Origin: Azolla caroliniana
Lineage: Eukaryota > Plantae > Polypodiophyta
Direction of reading: 5' to 3'
Assembly (NCBI GenBank): GCA_043228905.1
Contig: JBHGNT010000003.1
Span: forward strand, 25,730,001 to 25,794,000
Length of the DNA stretch: 64,000 nucleotides
The notes below the pieces were generated by a model. It was not told the origin of the DNA. It searched no databases and saw only the letters and a list, made by a program, of their open reading frames with translations. This document shows positions 1 through 12,448 of the stretch, piece by piece. A program made the translations under genes and the position numbers. Each line of letters begins with the position of its first letter. Position 1 is the stretch's first letter.

Positions 1-522
1 CAAGTAGATGTTGCTATGTCAACATTTTATTAATCAATTGGGAATAAGGATCCTCGAGGATTTGTTTATATTCCCTCAAATGTCCCTATGTTTTCGATAT
101 CTCATTACATATGCCTTTTGGTCAGCCACATCTTGAGCAAATACATGTGCAATCTTTGATCAATTAAACATACATACATCCATACATATATGTATACATG
201 TCCGCAATTCATCCACTTTTTTTCTCAATTAAATGCGCTGTTCCAATGATTCCTATAGTCAAGTAATTCCCATCTAAAATTCAAAATGTGGCCTATGACC
301 GTGCCGACCAATTGTTATCCTTTCATGTGTATTATTTCATGTATACTTACAAGCTTATGGTAATTTTTATTCTATACCTTTGCGCGTTTAAAGGATATCC
401 TTTTTGCTTTCCTCTTCTTCTTGTATGAAATCCATGGCAGAACTTGCCATCTGAAAGAAGAACAAAAGGTCCTGTCTCCTTTCACAGAAAGAAAAGAAAG
501 ATAGATATATTAACAGAGAACA

Positions 523-2253
523 ATGTCGCAGCAACACGAGGAGGGCGCTGAAGCAGAAGTAGTAGGAGAAGAAAGTACTAGGCAAGCAAATCCTTCACAA
601 CCGAAAGAAAATTCAGAGAAGGAGAAGAAAGAGGAACATCGGAGTGAAGCGAATCATACGAATCATCGTTCAATCCTTGTTCCAGAGAAGTTATCATATG
701 AATGCTTGAGAACATCAGGTACACTTAAGCTAAAACACTTCATATTTTCCCCGTGCAGAGCTTTTCATTGCCTAAGAGAAGCAAGAGAAGAGAGATCTAT
801 TATAACGTCTTCTTCTCCTGTCTCATTGCGAGCAGATATAGATCTACCCCTTGTTCGTGAAACCAAATGGGAAGATATGAAGAAAACTGTGAAAGCATGG
901 CTGAGAAACCCCAAAAATCTAGCATTGCTGCTATGGGGCACAGCCGTAGGTATCTCAGGAGCTATGCTTTTCCTTATAATGGTAGGGTTTTTAGATGGAA
1001 CGCTACAACCGAAAAGCAAAAGAGATACTTGGTTTGAAATAAATAACCAAATCTTGAATGCATTGTTTACCCTAATGTGTCTTTACCTTCATCCAGTAAG
1101 GATTCTTCACCTTTACTTTCTCTATCGGTGGCAACCCGACGATATCAAACAACTCAGAAAAATCTATTGCAAAAATGGAACATATAAGCCACATGAATGG
1201 TCTAACATGCTTATCGTTGTGGGCTTGTTGAATCTGAATTGTTTTGGTCAATATGCTTTGTGTGGATTGAATTGGGGCTATAAGAGATCCAATAGACCCA
1301 TAGTTGGAGTTGGTTTGTGTTTAGCTGTAGCTATTGGCGCTCCAACCATAGCTGGAATTTACACTAGTGTGAGCTCTTTAGGGAAAAATTACGAAGAAGA
1401 CGAAGAGCAGGAGAGAATTGAGAGTAAAGAAAGGAAGGTACTTGAGCAAAAGCCCTCGATTAAGATCAGTCAAATCGCCAAGCTAACTAAAAAGTTCACA
1501 TTTGCCGATCGAGATGGATCACTGGTGGAGAATCCTGAGTGGATTGGTGGGATTTTCGAGGTTAAAAAGGATACGAAAGTAGCTCTATTGACCACTTTTT
1601 GTGGGTTTTGTGTGTTTGGCTACAATATGGAACGACTAGGTTTTGGTAACCGATTTGTTCACATTGCTACATTCATACTACTATGCACTGCTCCTTATTG
1701 GATATTCTTCTTAGCTGCGACAAATGTGGATAATGATTATGTTCGTCGTGGGATGAGCTATGGTGGAATATTGTTATGTGTGTTTGGGCTTTTGTATGGA
1801 GGATTTTGGAGGATTCAGATGCGAAAAGCCTTTGGGTTACCACCTCAGACATGGTGTTTTGGTAAAGCTTCTTTGACTGATTGCACTCAATGGCTATTTT
1901 GTAGTCTTTGCTCTCTTTGTCAAGAGGTTCGAACCTCAGAAGCTTATAAAATACGAGATAGTAAGTTCTACGAGAGAAAGAAAGTTTCTCATGCTCTGCC
2001 AGAAGGCTCATCGAGGCCCATTTTTGAAGAAAATGGCATGAATAACATTCAAGGCAATGGGCTTAAAGTGTGTAACAATGAAATTGTTCATCACGATTAT
2101 TCAGAAAAGGTTATGGAAGGTCATGTAGAGCTTCATGCACCAAAACCTTTGGAAATTCGAATAGACACTTATCCATCAGATCCCCAAAAATCATATGTGG
2201 AAGGCACTATTGTGGATTCTTCAGCTTTGGTGGAACCGAAAATTTGTGTATAG
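523..2253 (+). CDS. PLAC8-family (DUF2985 + PLAC8-like) membrane protein, single exon
   Basis: 576-aa ORF with hydrophobic segments and plant PLAC8-family motifs: WFEINNQILNALFTLMCLYLHP, YCKNGTYKPHEW, CVFGYNMERLGFGN, WLFCSLCSLCQEVRT. Confidence 0.88.
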   Translation: MSQQHEEGAEAEVVGEESTRQANPSQPKENSEKEKKEEHRSEANHTNHRSILVPEKLSYECLRTSGTLKLKHFIFSPCRAFHCLREAREERSIITSSSPVSLRADIDLPLVRETKWEDMKKTVKAWLRNPKNLALLLWGTAVGISGAMLFLIMVGFLDGTLQPKSKRDTWFEINNQILNALFTLMCLYLHPVRILHLYFLYRWQPDDIKQLRKIYCKNGTYKPHEWSNMLIVVGLLNLNCFGQYALCGLNWGYKRSNRPIVGVGLCLAVAIGAPTIAGIYTSVSSLGKNYEEDEEQERIESKERKVLEQKPSIKISQIAKLTKKFTFADRDGSLVENPEWIGGIFEVKKDTKVALLTTFCGFCVFGYNMERLGFGNRFVHIATFILLCTAPYWIFFLAATNVDNDYVRRGMSYGGILLCVFGLLYGGFWRIQMRKAFGLPPQTWCFGKASLTDCTQWLFCSLCSLCQEVRTSEAYKIRDSKFYERKKVSHALPEGSSRPIFEENGMNNIQGNGLKVCNNEIVHHDYSEKVMEGHVELHAPKPLEIRIDTYPSDPQKSYVEGTIVDSSALVEPKICV

Positions 2254-2641
2254 AGAGATATGGTTAATGGAATCAAAGTGTATATATTTGTCACTATATG
2301 AATATTCATTCATCAGGTAATGTGTATAATTCAACTGTGCATTTTTGGGTATTCTGAACATAATGACTAATTACCATTATTGAAAAAATCACTCTTGGAA
2401 TTGATTTGATCACATTTGAGTTAGATTTAAAATGTAATGCTTAAGTCATTTTCTGCCTTTGGATTATATAATGTTTTGGAAAATGTTTGAAATAGTTATA
2501 GCTTTGAACTATGTTTTGAAACTTATTTTATGATCTTCTCTATGAAATAATGTGACAAATTTCTTGCCATCATTTCAATTTGATCAAATGTGTGCTCGAC
2601 TCGAAATGAACTTTGACAAGCTAGAAATTTACAAAAGAAGG

Positions 2642-2746
2642 GGTAAGGAGATTCAAGAAATTTTATCTACAACACTTGTTGCACTGCTATATAGGTAAGG
2701 AGATTCAAGAAATTTTATCTACAACACTTGTTGCACTGCTATATAG
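2642..2746 (+). repeat. Tandem duplication of ~53 bp within a degenerate repeat region (~2600-3380)
   Basis: GGTAAGGAGATTCAAGAAATTTTATCTACAACACTTGTTGCACTGCTATATA occurs twice in a row; related degenerate units (TGACCAAAGAAGAGC..GGAATTCAAGAAAATGTAA) follow. Confidence 0.75.
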
Positions 2747-4444
2747 GAAGACTGATCCATTTTTCAAGAAAATCTAATCTAAGACTCACGTTGCACTAAG
2801 ATTCACAAAGGTCTATCACTTTTTCAATAGATCCTGCGTTTATTCAATTAAAAGAAACATTTGCATGACTAAATATGAAATTGATCAATTAGCAATTAAC
2901 CAAAGAACAACAAAATGAATAAAAAAAAATGTAACTAAAACCCATCACTTTTCCAACACTTATGATTCATTCAAATTGAAGAAATGTATGTTTAACTTAA
3001 GATGAAGTTTGATAAATTCATAATTGACCAAAGAAGAGCCAAGGGAATCCAAGAAAATGTAATAACTTTTTTAGTACTTCATGTGATTCTGAAAACATGC
3101 ATGCATGACTCAAGATGAAATTTGATAAATTAATGATTGACTAAAGAAGAGCAAAGGGAATTCAAGAAAATGTAATCCAAGACTCCTGTAGCACTACGAT
3201 ACAAGATGGCCCATCACATTCTTGGCACATCTTGTGATTCATTCAATTCAAAGAAATGTATGCGTTGCTCATGCTTCAATTTGAAAATTTTGTATTTGAC
3301 CAAAGAAGATAAAAGGTATCTCAAGCAAACATTAAGCTAAAACTCTTATCACACAATTATATAGGAAGACCCATTCATTCACTTCTTCAGCCCTCTTCCT
3401 CCGTTTGTGGACCAACTATTGAACAAAACGTTCATTAAGTACAATCTGGTATGGTTATTTCACACACAAGTAGCATACTTTATCTCATCGCTTTGTACCT
3501 TATGTTTTGCATTTTTCTACATCCAATGAAACCTTAAAGTGGCATCTCTCTATTGGAGCAAGTATAGGTGGAGCGAATCTGTCTTTTTGATGGGACCAAT
3601 GTATTTGTTTTTCTTCTTATATCACTTGAGGTGCAAAAGTAGGCCTCACACGTTTTAGGATTTTTTTTTTTTTGGGGGGGGGGGGGGGGGTGGGGCAGCC
3701 CCTCTCGTGTGTTTAGTTTTTATTAGTGAAATTTCCGAATCACTCAATAATGATTTGTATCTTTGTTTTTCAGTCTCTCCCATATGTATGTGTGTGTGTG
3801 CGCGTGTGCGCCCATGTGTGTATTTATATATTAAGAAAAGAAAAAATAGGCCAATTGGAAATTTTATAAGGACCTCAATAGGTCATTCGCAAGACTTTTT
3901 TCATAATTTTGCAAAGATTATAGAACATTCAAGCAACGATAAAGAATCAAGTGAGTAGGAGGATCTTGATTCATTCATATAGAGTCAAGACTACCCGAAC
4001 AACAACTAATTTTGTTGTAAGTATTACGAAATAGAACATATAACTAGCAAACATAGGCATTGGTTTCTCATACCAAATCAGGCAATCTATTGAGCCATTT
4101 TGTCCTTTGCATCTTTCGTAATATCAAACACATGATCTCTTTGCATATCGTGAATTTCTAGCCCATTCAATGATACTCACATAAGATCATCTAGATGTTC
4201 TACGTCCACTTAGTATTTTCATCGCCTTAATGACAAATTGCATAGAGAACCCGCTCTCCTGAACAACAATGCTAGATGGAATAATAAAAATAGCTTGGAA
4301 CGGATTCACTAAATATGGGAAATTATCTTGCCAATCATTCATTTTCCAAACAAATGCCAAGTTCATGCACAATATAACCATATTTTCTTTTTAAAGCTTC
4401 AAAGCCCCTCTAGTGTGTTTAGTTTTTATTTGTGAGGCCTTCAA

Positions 4445-5230
4445 TGTAACATTTTATCTTGGAACCTTCAAGGATTAGGTGTGAGTCGTTGTAATAGAGT
4501 AAATTGTAACTTGAATCAAGAACTATCTTTGTCTTCTATAGGTAGACTTGATATGCTATGTTTTCAAGAACACCATCTTAATTCGCGAAGAATGGTGTCG
4601 ATTAGAAACAATTTACTACGTGGTAGTTGGATTTACAAATGGGTTTCGGCTTTTGGACCCTTTGGTACTCAAGGTGGCCTTTGTATTGCTCTTAGAATAC
4701 AATGACAATTTCATGTGCAAGCTAAAGGAGTCTTGCACGGTGGTAGAGTTCAATATATGCTTATTCTTATTTTTGGAAAATTGATTGGTTTTTTGAATGT
4801 CTATGCTCCAAATTCTTCTACTGGAAGAATTCATTTGTGGAATATGTTTTTGCAAGATCTTCCTATGGCACAACATTGGTGTATGTGTGGTGATTGGAAC
4901 ATGATTGAAAGCCCTACTAATAGATTAGGTGGATCTTTTGTTACTATCTCGGGTTTGGAATTGCGTGAGTGGGAGAAACTAATTTTCCAATATGAAGTTA
5001 CTTATTTGTGGCATATACTTTCTCTCGCATGCATGATTCCTTGTTATATTCACGTTCCAATCGAAGAAGTGTTGCTCTCAATTTGTCCCAGAATAGATAG
5101 GTTTTACGCAAATTCTTTTTTTTGGGATCATGGGGGATATGTGGGTATTATATCTGGCACTTCGTTCTCTGATCATTCTTCGGTTCTGCTTAAATTTTGT
5201 ATGGACAGCTGTCAAGGACACGCCAACCGT
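4445..5230 (+). mobile_element. Degenerate LINE (L1-like) ORF2 endonuclease fragment
   Basis: APE-endonuclease motifs across frames: NILSWNLQGLG, LCFQEH, LNVYAPN, MCGDWNMIE, RIDRFY, FSDH; frameshifted. Confidence 0.85.
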
Positions 5231-5379
5231 AGACTCGGATGGAGCATGGCTGATGGAGCTACGATGGTGGTGTGGGGCCTGAAGCATAATCTCTTGAGAA
5301 GACTAGACTCGTTTAGTTGTTTGTATGTACATGATTTTGGCATAATCGGCGAGATGTTTGATGTGGAGTTGATGAAGTA

Positions 5380-5830
5380 GAATGTATGTTTTTGGATAAG
5401 GATGAGTGATGAGAGTGTTGGGGGCCGAAGCATATTCTCACGAGGAGATGAGGAAACAAGATTCATTGTATTGTTGTGTGTGAAAGATTATGGTGGTATT
5501 CGACGAGATGGTTAATGTGGACTTAATGAAATAGACTTTATGTTTTGGATAAGGATGAGTGATGATGGTGTGGAGGTTGAAGCATATTCTCATGAGGAGA
5601 TGAGGATTTAGACTCATTTTATTGTTTATGTGCGGGAATTTGGTGGTAATTGACGAGATGGTTGATGAGGACTTAACAAAGAAGTTTTTATGTTTTTAAA
5701 GGACGAGTGATGAGGTGTGGGGCTGAAGAATAAGCTTAGAAGGAGAGGAGGAAACTTGACTTAATTTGTTGTTGTATGTACAAGAATTTGGTGGTGATCC
5801 GGCGAGATGGTTGATGTGGAAAGAGGAAGC
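5380..5830 (+). repeat. Degenerate ~140-bp tandem repeat (3-4 copies)
   Basis: Recurring TTTTGGATAAGGATGAGTGATGA...GAAGCATATTCTCA.GAGGAGATGAGGA...GACGAGATGGTT.ATG.GGA. Confidence 0.6.
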
Positions 5831-6932
5831 ATAGTTGTTGAGTTTACAGTCACGAAGGTGAAATGTGGTTCTAACTTCTCTTAAAAAAGCACATAACATA
5901 GTTGATTGCCTTCGAATCCGAGATGCACATGCATGGAATACATTGTTATCTACCTTGAAAGCTTGTGGTAGTGTTCAGTTTTTTGGATAAAGATTATGTT
6001 GAACAAGAGCAAGTTGAAGAAGTATTGAAATGGTTCATAACTATGACCTGCGAGGGCTTGTTTCCGAATAGAGCTACTTTTGTTGTTGTCTATGGATATG
6101 GATAGCTTGCAATGTGTCAATGGAATTGCTTGAATTACTGGATTGTTTTCTTTGCTTTGGAGTACATAGATTTGTTTCCTCAACCATTGTCTTACACAAG
6201 ACGGGCTTGGGGAAAAAATACTTTGTATGTTGTAGCCATTATGACCTTTTTATATAACTAATGTAAGGATATTCTGTTTTGGAAAAAATATGACTAGGTT
6301 TGACTTGGATGCACATGTGCACAACATGATTAAAGAACAATGTCTTCACCGAGCTTACAATTCCCCTAATGAGTAGTAGCTCCCATTGAACTACACATCC
6401 ATAGAAAACCATAATGATAAATAAGAGTAACAAAGTTTTTTTAAATAATTCATTAAAAGGGCAATGCCAAAACTATTTTGAAATTTTAAAGGTTACAAAA
6501 TGCCCTTCATTTTCTCCCTCGATTGCATGAATGTAAATTTGTAACACTTGATATTGACCTTGACATTCTCATCCCATATTGTTGCTTTTGAAAACTGCAG
6601 TCAAGCATGGTTGAATTTTATCTTATCAAATATGGTGTCCTTCATTAGGTAACATTGGAGCCCATTAGAATGTCCTGAGCATAAAATTGTAAGAATTTTC
6701 CATTTTTTTAGGCCTTCCAATGTGTCATGACCCCTGTCCTAGATAATGAACATTAAAATTTGACCACTATGATAATAGATCTCAACGAAAAACAATTTAT
6801 TCCATAATTTAGTAATCACAACAAAATATAATCAGTCCTACATGTATTAACTATTGGGGGAATCCAATGTGCACATGGATATGCTAGACCACTTGAACAT
6901 TGGAATGACTCACTTACGCCTTTGGAATGGTT

Positions 6933-8781
6933 TCACCGCCATGTATTATGCATATACCACCCTTCGGTGTTGCGACGAAAGCGATGCTTATTTATTTGAG
7001 CATTTTGGAATGCACAACAAGCAATCACGTAAACCACGATGATCACAACTAACACGATCACACTTAGCAAGGCAATTTTCCTCCATGGTTGTTTCACATT
7101 GGCTAGGACACTAGCTCGACACGAGTCACAAGCGTAGCACAAATCAGTTAAACCATTGCTCCAACGTGAACAATCAGGTGAAGCTAAGCTATTGCTTGGA
7201 TTGGTCCACATGGTAGTGTTGTTTGGCTCGATCATTATTGTGAACCCACAAATTTCTGGTGGGATACAACATCCATGCTACACAAAACATATTATTCAAA
7301 TCAATGCACAAATTTGGCAATCACCCTCTTTTTATGCGAATTATTGCCTTTTAACATGACAAAAACTTCCAAGTTTTTTCTTTTCTGTGTATATCTTTGG
7401 TCTTTATGAATCATGATGCAAAATTAAATGATAAAGAATTGTGTAGAAAATAGGTGTCAAATGATGAACAAAGCATGCTTCGACATGTGAAATGGCCGGA
7501 AAAGTGACATATGAAGGGCTACTAGGTTGGGGCACAAACGATGATTCTTAATATTGATTCAAATTCTAGATACAAACTTTGTTCTTTTCTTTCGAGTTAG
7601 TTTAGGAGGCATACATCTCACAATGCATGGTAGCATTTGTCTTGTCTCACTCATTTAGTGATTCCTTGAACTTGCTTCACACATACACAATAATAGAAAT
7701 TGTTTTTTTTTTTTTTTTTTTTTTCAACATGGTAAAAAGTTTTTAAAATTTGGATATATTAAACATAACAAATTTGGTGGACATGCTTTTAAATTTTGGA
7801 TTTATTTAACATTACAAATTTGGTGTACATGGAATTAATGGTAGTAACAAATGTAATACATAGTCTCCTTTATAGATAGATTTCATTCCACAAAGTTTTC
7901 CTTATGTTCCTTGAAAATTTCTTAGGGTTTTTTTGTTGGGGCTCAAAACGTTTAGGGTTAGGGCTCAAAAACTAGTAGGGGCAAAAGGCTTTGGATATCT
8001 TTTAGGGTTAAAAAACCTTCAGTGTTCTACTTTGAGTTTCAAATAACTTTTAAGGTTGGGGGGCTCAAACACGTTTAAGGCTTAAAGGCTCAGAATATCT
8101 TTTACTTCGGGTTTCTAAAAACTAGTCTTAATGTTAGGCTTGGGCTACACGTATTGTTTTGGTTCTACCATCACACTTGGGTTTTTAAACCTAAGGGTAG
8201 GGCTAAATTTGGGATTTTTACACATACACTTGGTTTACAAGTTAATGCTATGTATTTTCAAATAAGGGTAGGGCCAAGTTTAGGATTTTTACCTGCAAAG
8301 ATGAGAGATCTATGGCATAAAAATTGGAGATACTTTTGACATCTTGGTTCACCTCTTTGCATATTTTTGTGTCCTGGATACAACTCTCAATCTTGGCCCA
8401 ACTCTTCGAATTCTCGACTTGTTCACGCAACCACCACGAGTAATCTTTCACCTCATAATTTGTTTGTCCAACCAAGTCCCTTGGTCCGTCTTTTGTCACG
8501 ATGAACGTAAACACAATAAATGAGAGAAGTAGCAAAATGATGAAAAACATAATGAAGAGGTAGATGTAGAGAAGCCACACTACACGATTGAAAGCACCAA
8601 GGCAACCAAGAAGAGAGATAACGAGGATGAAGAGGCCAAGGCCAATGATTGACCATTGGAGGAACTGCATACACTCGGTGCTTGGCCTCGTAGCTAGCCA
8701 TATCCCGCCTCCAATGAGAGGGATTGAAAGCAAAAATGTTGTGATGTTCACCACTCCCGTGATTATATTGCTAAGAGGCAT
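6933..8781 (-). CDS. Tetraspanin, 2 exons (8781-8293, 7277-6933)
   Basis: Plant tetraspanin motifs: LSIPLIGGGIWL, C..FLQW, three N-terminal TMs, and W.KI.SC. The GT-AG intron joins LQ to HGCCIPP (canonical GCCKPP). WSN...LCY.CDSCRA.VL and a fourth TM follow. Confidence 0.93.
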
Positions 8782-11174
8782 ATTTGTTAGTGGAGATTTG
8801 TGTGGTTTATTATTACATCCATGTCTTTGGTAGGAGATAAATAGTTTCCTATTTTTTTTCTATTAGTGATATATCGTTTGTGTTGTGTGAATCCACTCCT
8901 TATAAACATCTTTGCTCTGTCCCTTTCTTGAGAAATATCTTTGCTTCTTCCTTTCAAACATAAACTTTCCATTTCTTCAGAAATAAAGTTGTGATTACGT
9001 TCGCAGGATTCCTCAAATCTATATGGGACCAAAAGTTGATACACCAAATAGGGGGTGGGGATATAGGTATCCTTACACACATGGAACCACATTACCCTAA
9101 ACCCTAAACCCAATTCCTGGTGTCCACTCAATATTATCCACCAAGTCAAGCTCATATTTATTGTATATCTAGATTCTAAACTTTATTGAGGAGGCACCCC
9201 CTTAGTCTTTGCCTCGCAAGTGGCATCAACTAGAGCCTACCACTTCTACTCATATACACCGTTGATCATATTGCATAGGGTTGAGTCAACTTTATTTCTA
9301 TCCTATCTACAAACTTTGTTGGAGCTATGACTCAATGGCATGATTTAGAGTCATGCTCATATATCACCTTGAATAGGACAATAAAATACACAACTCACCA
9401 AAAACATTATTTTCAATGTATCTATATGAGAAACAATGATATGTCTTAATTTTGAACAATACCAAAATATGTTTGGTCAAACAATGCTCATGACTAGTTA
9501 ACCTTAGTATTTTGCTAATAACCTATTTAATAACTGAGATCATGGCCATGGAGAGGATTGTGGAATATAATTTGAAAACGAAAATAGATTGCATCAATTT
9601 CTAAGAATCACATAGTAGTATTTACAAAAGCCCAAAAAACACACCAAAGAGATCGAGTTCTAGATGGATCCAAGCAATGAATAAGTAGTTTTGACGAAGC
9701 TGAGATGGATTAGAATCCCTTTATGATGTGTTCAATATAATCCTTGGATGGTTGAAGGCTTTTTGCAATGCTAATACATTATAGCTTGGGGTTGTTGAGG
9801 TTAAGGCTTATGCATCATATTGTGTATATTGCACCAAGCTACAAAACCACGTTTTTTAAATTAGTAAACTGTAATCGCTCATGCATGTTAGAGTCCACCC
9901 CTCTCTCTCCAACTTGTGCTATTGCTTCCAAATGACTAAGCTCACATTTCTTTTGTTTGAGTCAAGGCATCAAGACACGACGAGGAAACTCATAGAGTAT
10001 GCAAGATTTTCATCAAAACTAATCATCACATGCTGCTGCAATGTTGGACCTTTGATCATGTTTGGCCTTCCTTTCTAACAATAGGGACTGATTCAGTTTG
10101 GGAATCTCAAACTCAAACCATTTTAAAAATTTCAAATGTAAACAAAATTGAACCGCAAAACGTTTAAGCCAAAATAGTTTAAACCAAAACCATTTAAACA
10201 AAATTGTTGCTATACGCACATTTCCCTATTTTCCCCAATATGTACTCTTAGTTGTGTCATTCATTAAGAGTACAATTCTAAGATACTAAGAGTCAAATTT
10301 CAACTCATAATGTTTCAAGTTCGTCCCAAGGGAAATGTTAGACCACTTTGAACAAGAATCATCTTTATCTAAATCTTTCTCCCCCTAGAATGATAATATA
10401 CCATCATGATTTAGTATCTAGTTATATAAAACAAGGCACGGATCATCCACATAAAAAGATATCATGTTATCTTCATTTACTAGAGTGGGAGCTTACTCAA
10501 TAGTGAGCACTACGAAATATGAATAATCAAGAACTCAATATATAATTACGTGTCTTGTTTTCTCACAAACACAATGTAGACCCAATTTCGATAGATGATG
10601 CAAACGTCCCTTTTCATGTGACCACTTGTAAAAGTTTCTTTTTCCTACTTGCTTTTCTTACTTCATTTATGCAACATAGTAGTATTTCCTAGGTCAATTT
10701 CTTTTTCTTTATGGATTGCCAAGTAAGGATGGATTATGCACATTGATACACTTTCAAAGTGATAATATATGGGTATCTATTGATGTATACATGCACACAA
10801 TCCTCCAAACTTCAAAGCAACAATCTTGCATTTCATGGGTGTGACAATGGTCGGCCCACCATCATATGGTTGATATGCGATTAAGATTCATCCCAGTTTA
10901 GTATTATTGGATTTGTATTGCATACATATTTACATATCATGATTAAGAACAAACTCACCGCCTTTATTGGAATGAATGCTTTCTTGGAGAAATATTATTT
11001 TTATGGAACGGATCCTTGTTGCATTAAGTCATGCAAAGAAAGACTAGTGCAATCGATTACTACAGCGTGCAAGGACATGGCAAAGGAATGCCCCCCCCAC
11101 CATCCACCAAACAAATAATGAAACAAATGCCTTTAGTGATGAACCACAAGCATGCAATTAGGTAAATTGACAAG

Positions 11175-11401
11175 GATGCCACAATTTTTGTTGTTTGACC
11201 ACCTATCAGCAATATTGCCTAAAAGCATGTGGTAGCATTAGAGCTACATTAGCAGGCAATGAAATTCACAAGGAAATTGTACAAAAAGGTGTTGAAAGAG
11301 ATTATTTCATTGGCAATACATTAGTAGATATGTATGCTTAATGTGGGTCACTTGCCGAGGCATAGGTGGTATTTTACAGGCATTCAGTCAGGAATGGATC
11401 T
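11175..11401 (+). pseudogene. PPR (PLS-class) gene relic, left part, split by transposon
   Basis: Translates as LKACGSIRA...GNEIHKEIVQKGVERDYFIGNTLVDMYA*CGSLAEA*VVF...VRN with in-frame stops; continues at 20729. Confidence 0.85.
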
Positions 11402-11437
11402 AACACGTTCGCGTTCACAAGTGGAAGGATTGCGCAT
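11402..11437 (+). repeat. Left terminal inverted repeat
   Basis: AACACGTTCGCGTTCACAAGTGGAAGGATTGCGCAT is the reverse complement of 20693-20728 (35/36). Confidence 0.95.
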
Positions 11438-11768
11438 TCCACTTGTAGAATCTTCTTAAAACGAAGCAAATACACCCTCTCTACAATAATTGGATGCACT
11501 AGTAACACATGTTCCTCAACTTGATAAGAATTTGCAAATATAAAAATACATGATAGATCTACGAGTGGAGATCATTAGAAATCATGCAAGTTTAGACATG
11601 TTGATAAGTTAATGTATCTAAATAAAGTTCAACTATGGCTCAATATGGCACTATTGTGCGACAAGGGAAACACTAACTTAAAGACTTATATTAATTAGGT
11701 AGGTTTTACAAAATTATGAGGTGTACTTGTATCCATACTAATAAAATGAGATATAATTTATACTTTGA

Positions 11769-12055
11769 CCCATACGTGCATGTATGTAATTGTCGAAAAT
11801 GTAGGATAGTGCACATTAGGATAAGTGATTGGAATAACTAACTTATTAAAGTATTCAATACTTATATTAAAAGTTGATCTAATCTATTCCTCAGTTTGTT
11901 CATATGGGATCAAACCATATGTGTATATAATTGTGCACAATGTAAGGCAGTGAACTTTAGGATAATGTCGTGGAAATAACAAACCTATTAGGCTTTCATA
12001 CCTGTATTTAAAATTGATCTACTCTATTGCTTAGGTGATTCACACAAGATCAAAC
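11769..12055 (+). repeat. Degenerate ~145-bp tandem duplication inside the transposon
   Basis: CCATA.GTG.AT...TAATTGT...AATGTA.G..AGTG.AC.TTAGGATAA...TTGATCTA.TCTATT...GATCAAA occurs twice. Confidence 0.55.
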
Positions 12056-12448
12056 TCCGAACGATAACGCAACTGGAACCATTATCAACACACTACACAA
12101 TCTAAGCAGCAATGGAATAGAAACATAATAGTTTTAACAATATAAGACAAAGATCCATAATAACAACATGGACAGTCATGGCAATAATTATAGGGCCATG
12201 TTCTGTTAAGGTTAGCTTGGACCAAAATCAGCCTCCATTTAAGCTAGTTCATGTTTCTCCATAAGTTTGGTAGTCAGCTATGCACGCGGTGAAACCAATA
12301 TCATAAATCTACTAATGAGGTATATAAAAATAAAATTGAAACATATAGATGATTATAAAGAATAGAATCCACTAGGTAAAACCCAAAATTTGTATTAATA
12401 ATGTGAAATCTTAACAAATCGTTAGTGTCATATTCTTTATAGAGTCTA

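Noticed and set aside
7920-8290. Interstitial telomere array (TTTAGGG-like), also near 38560-38830
   Set aside because: Only scattered degenerate motifs, no tandem array.
11404-11410. CACTA/EnSpm assignment from the near-terminal CAC
   Set aside because: No CACTA/CACTG terminus, no 3-bp TSD and no TnpD-like motifs.
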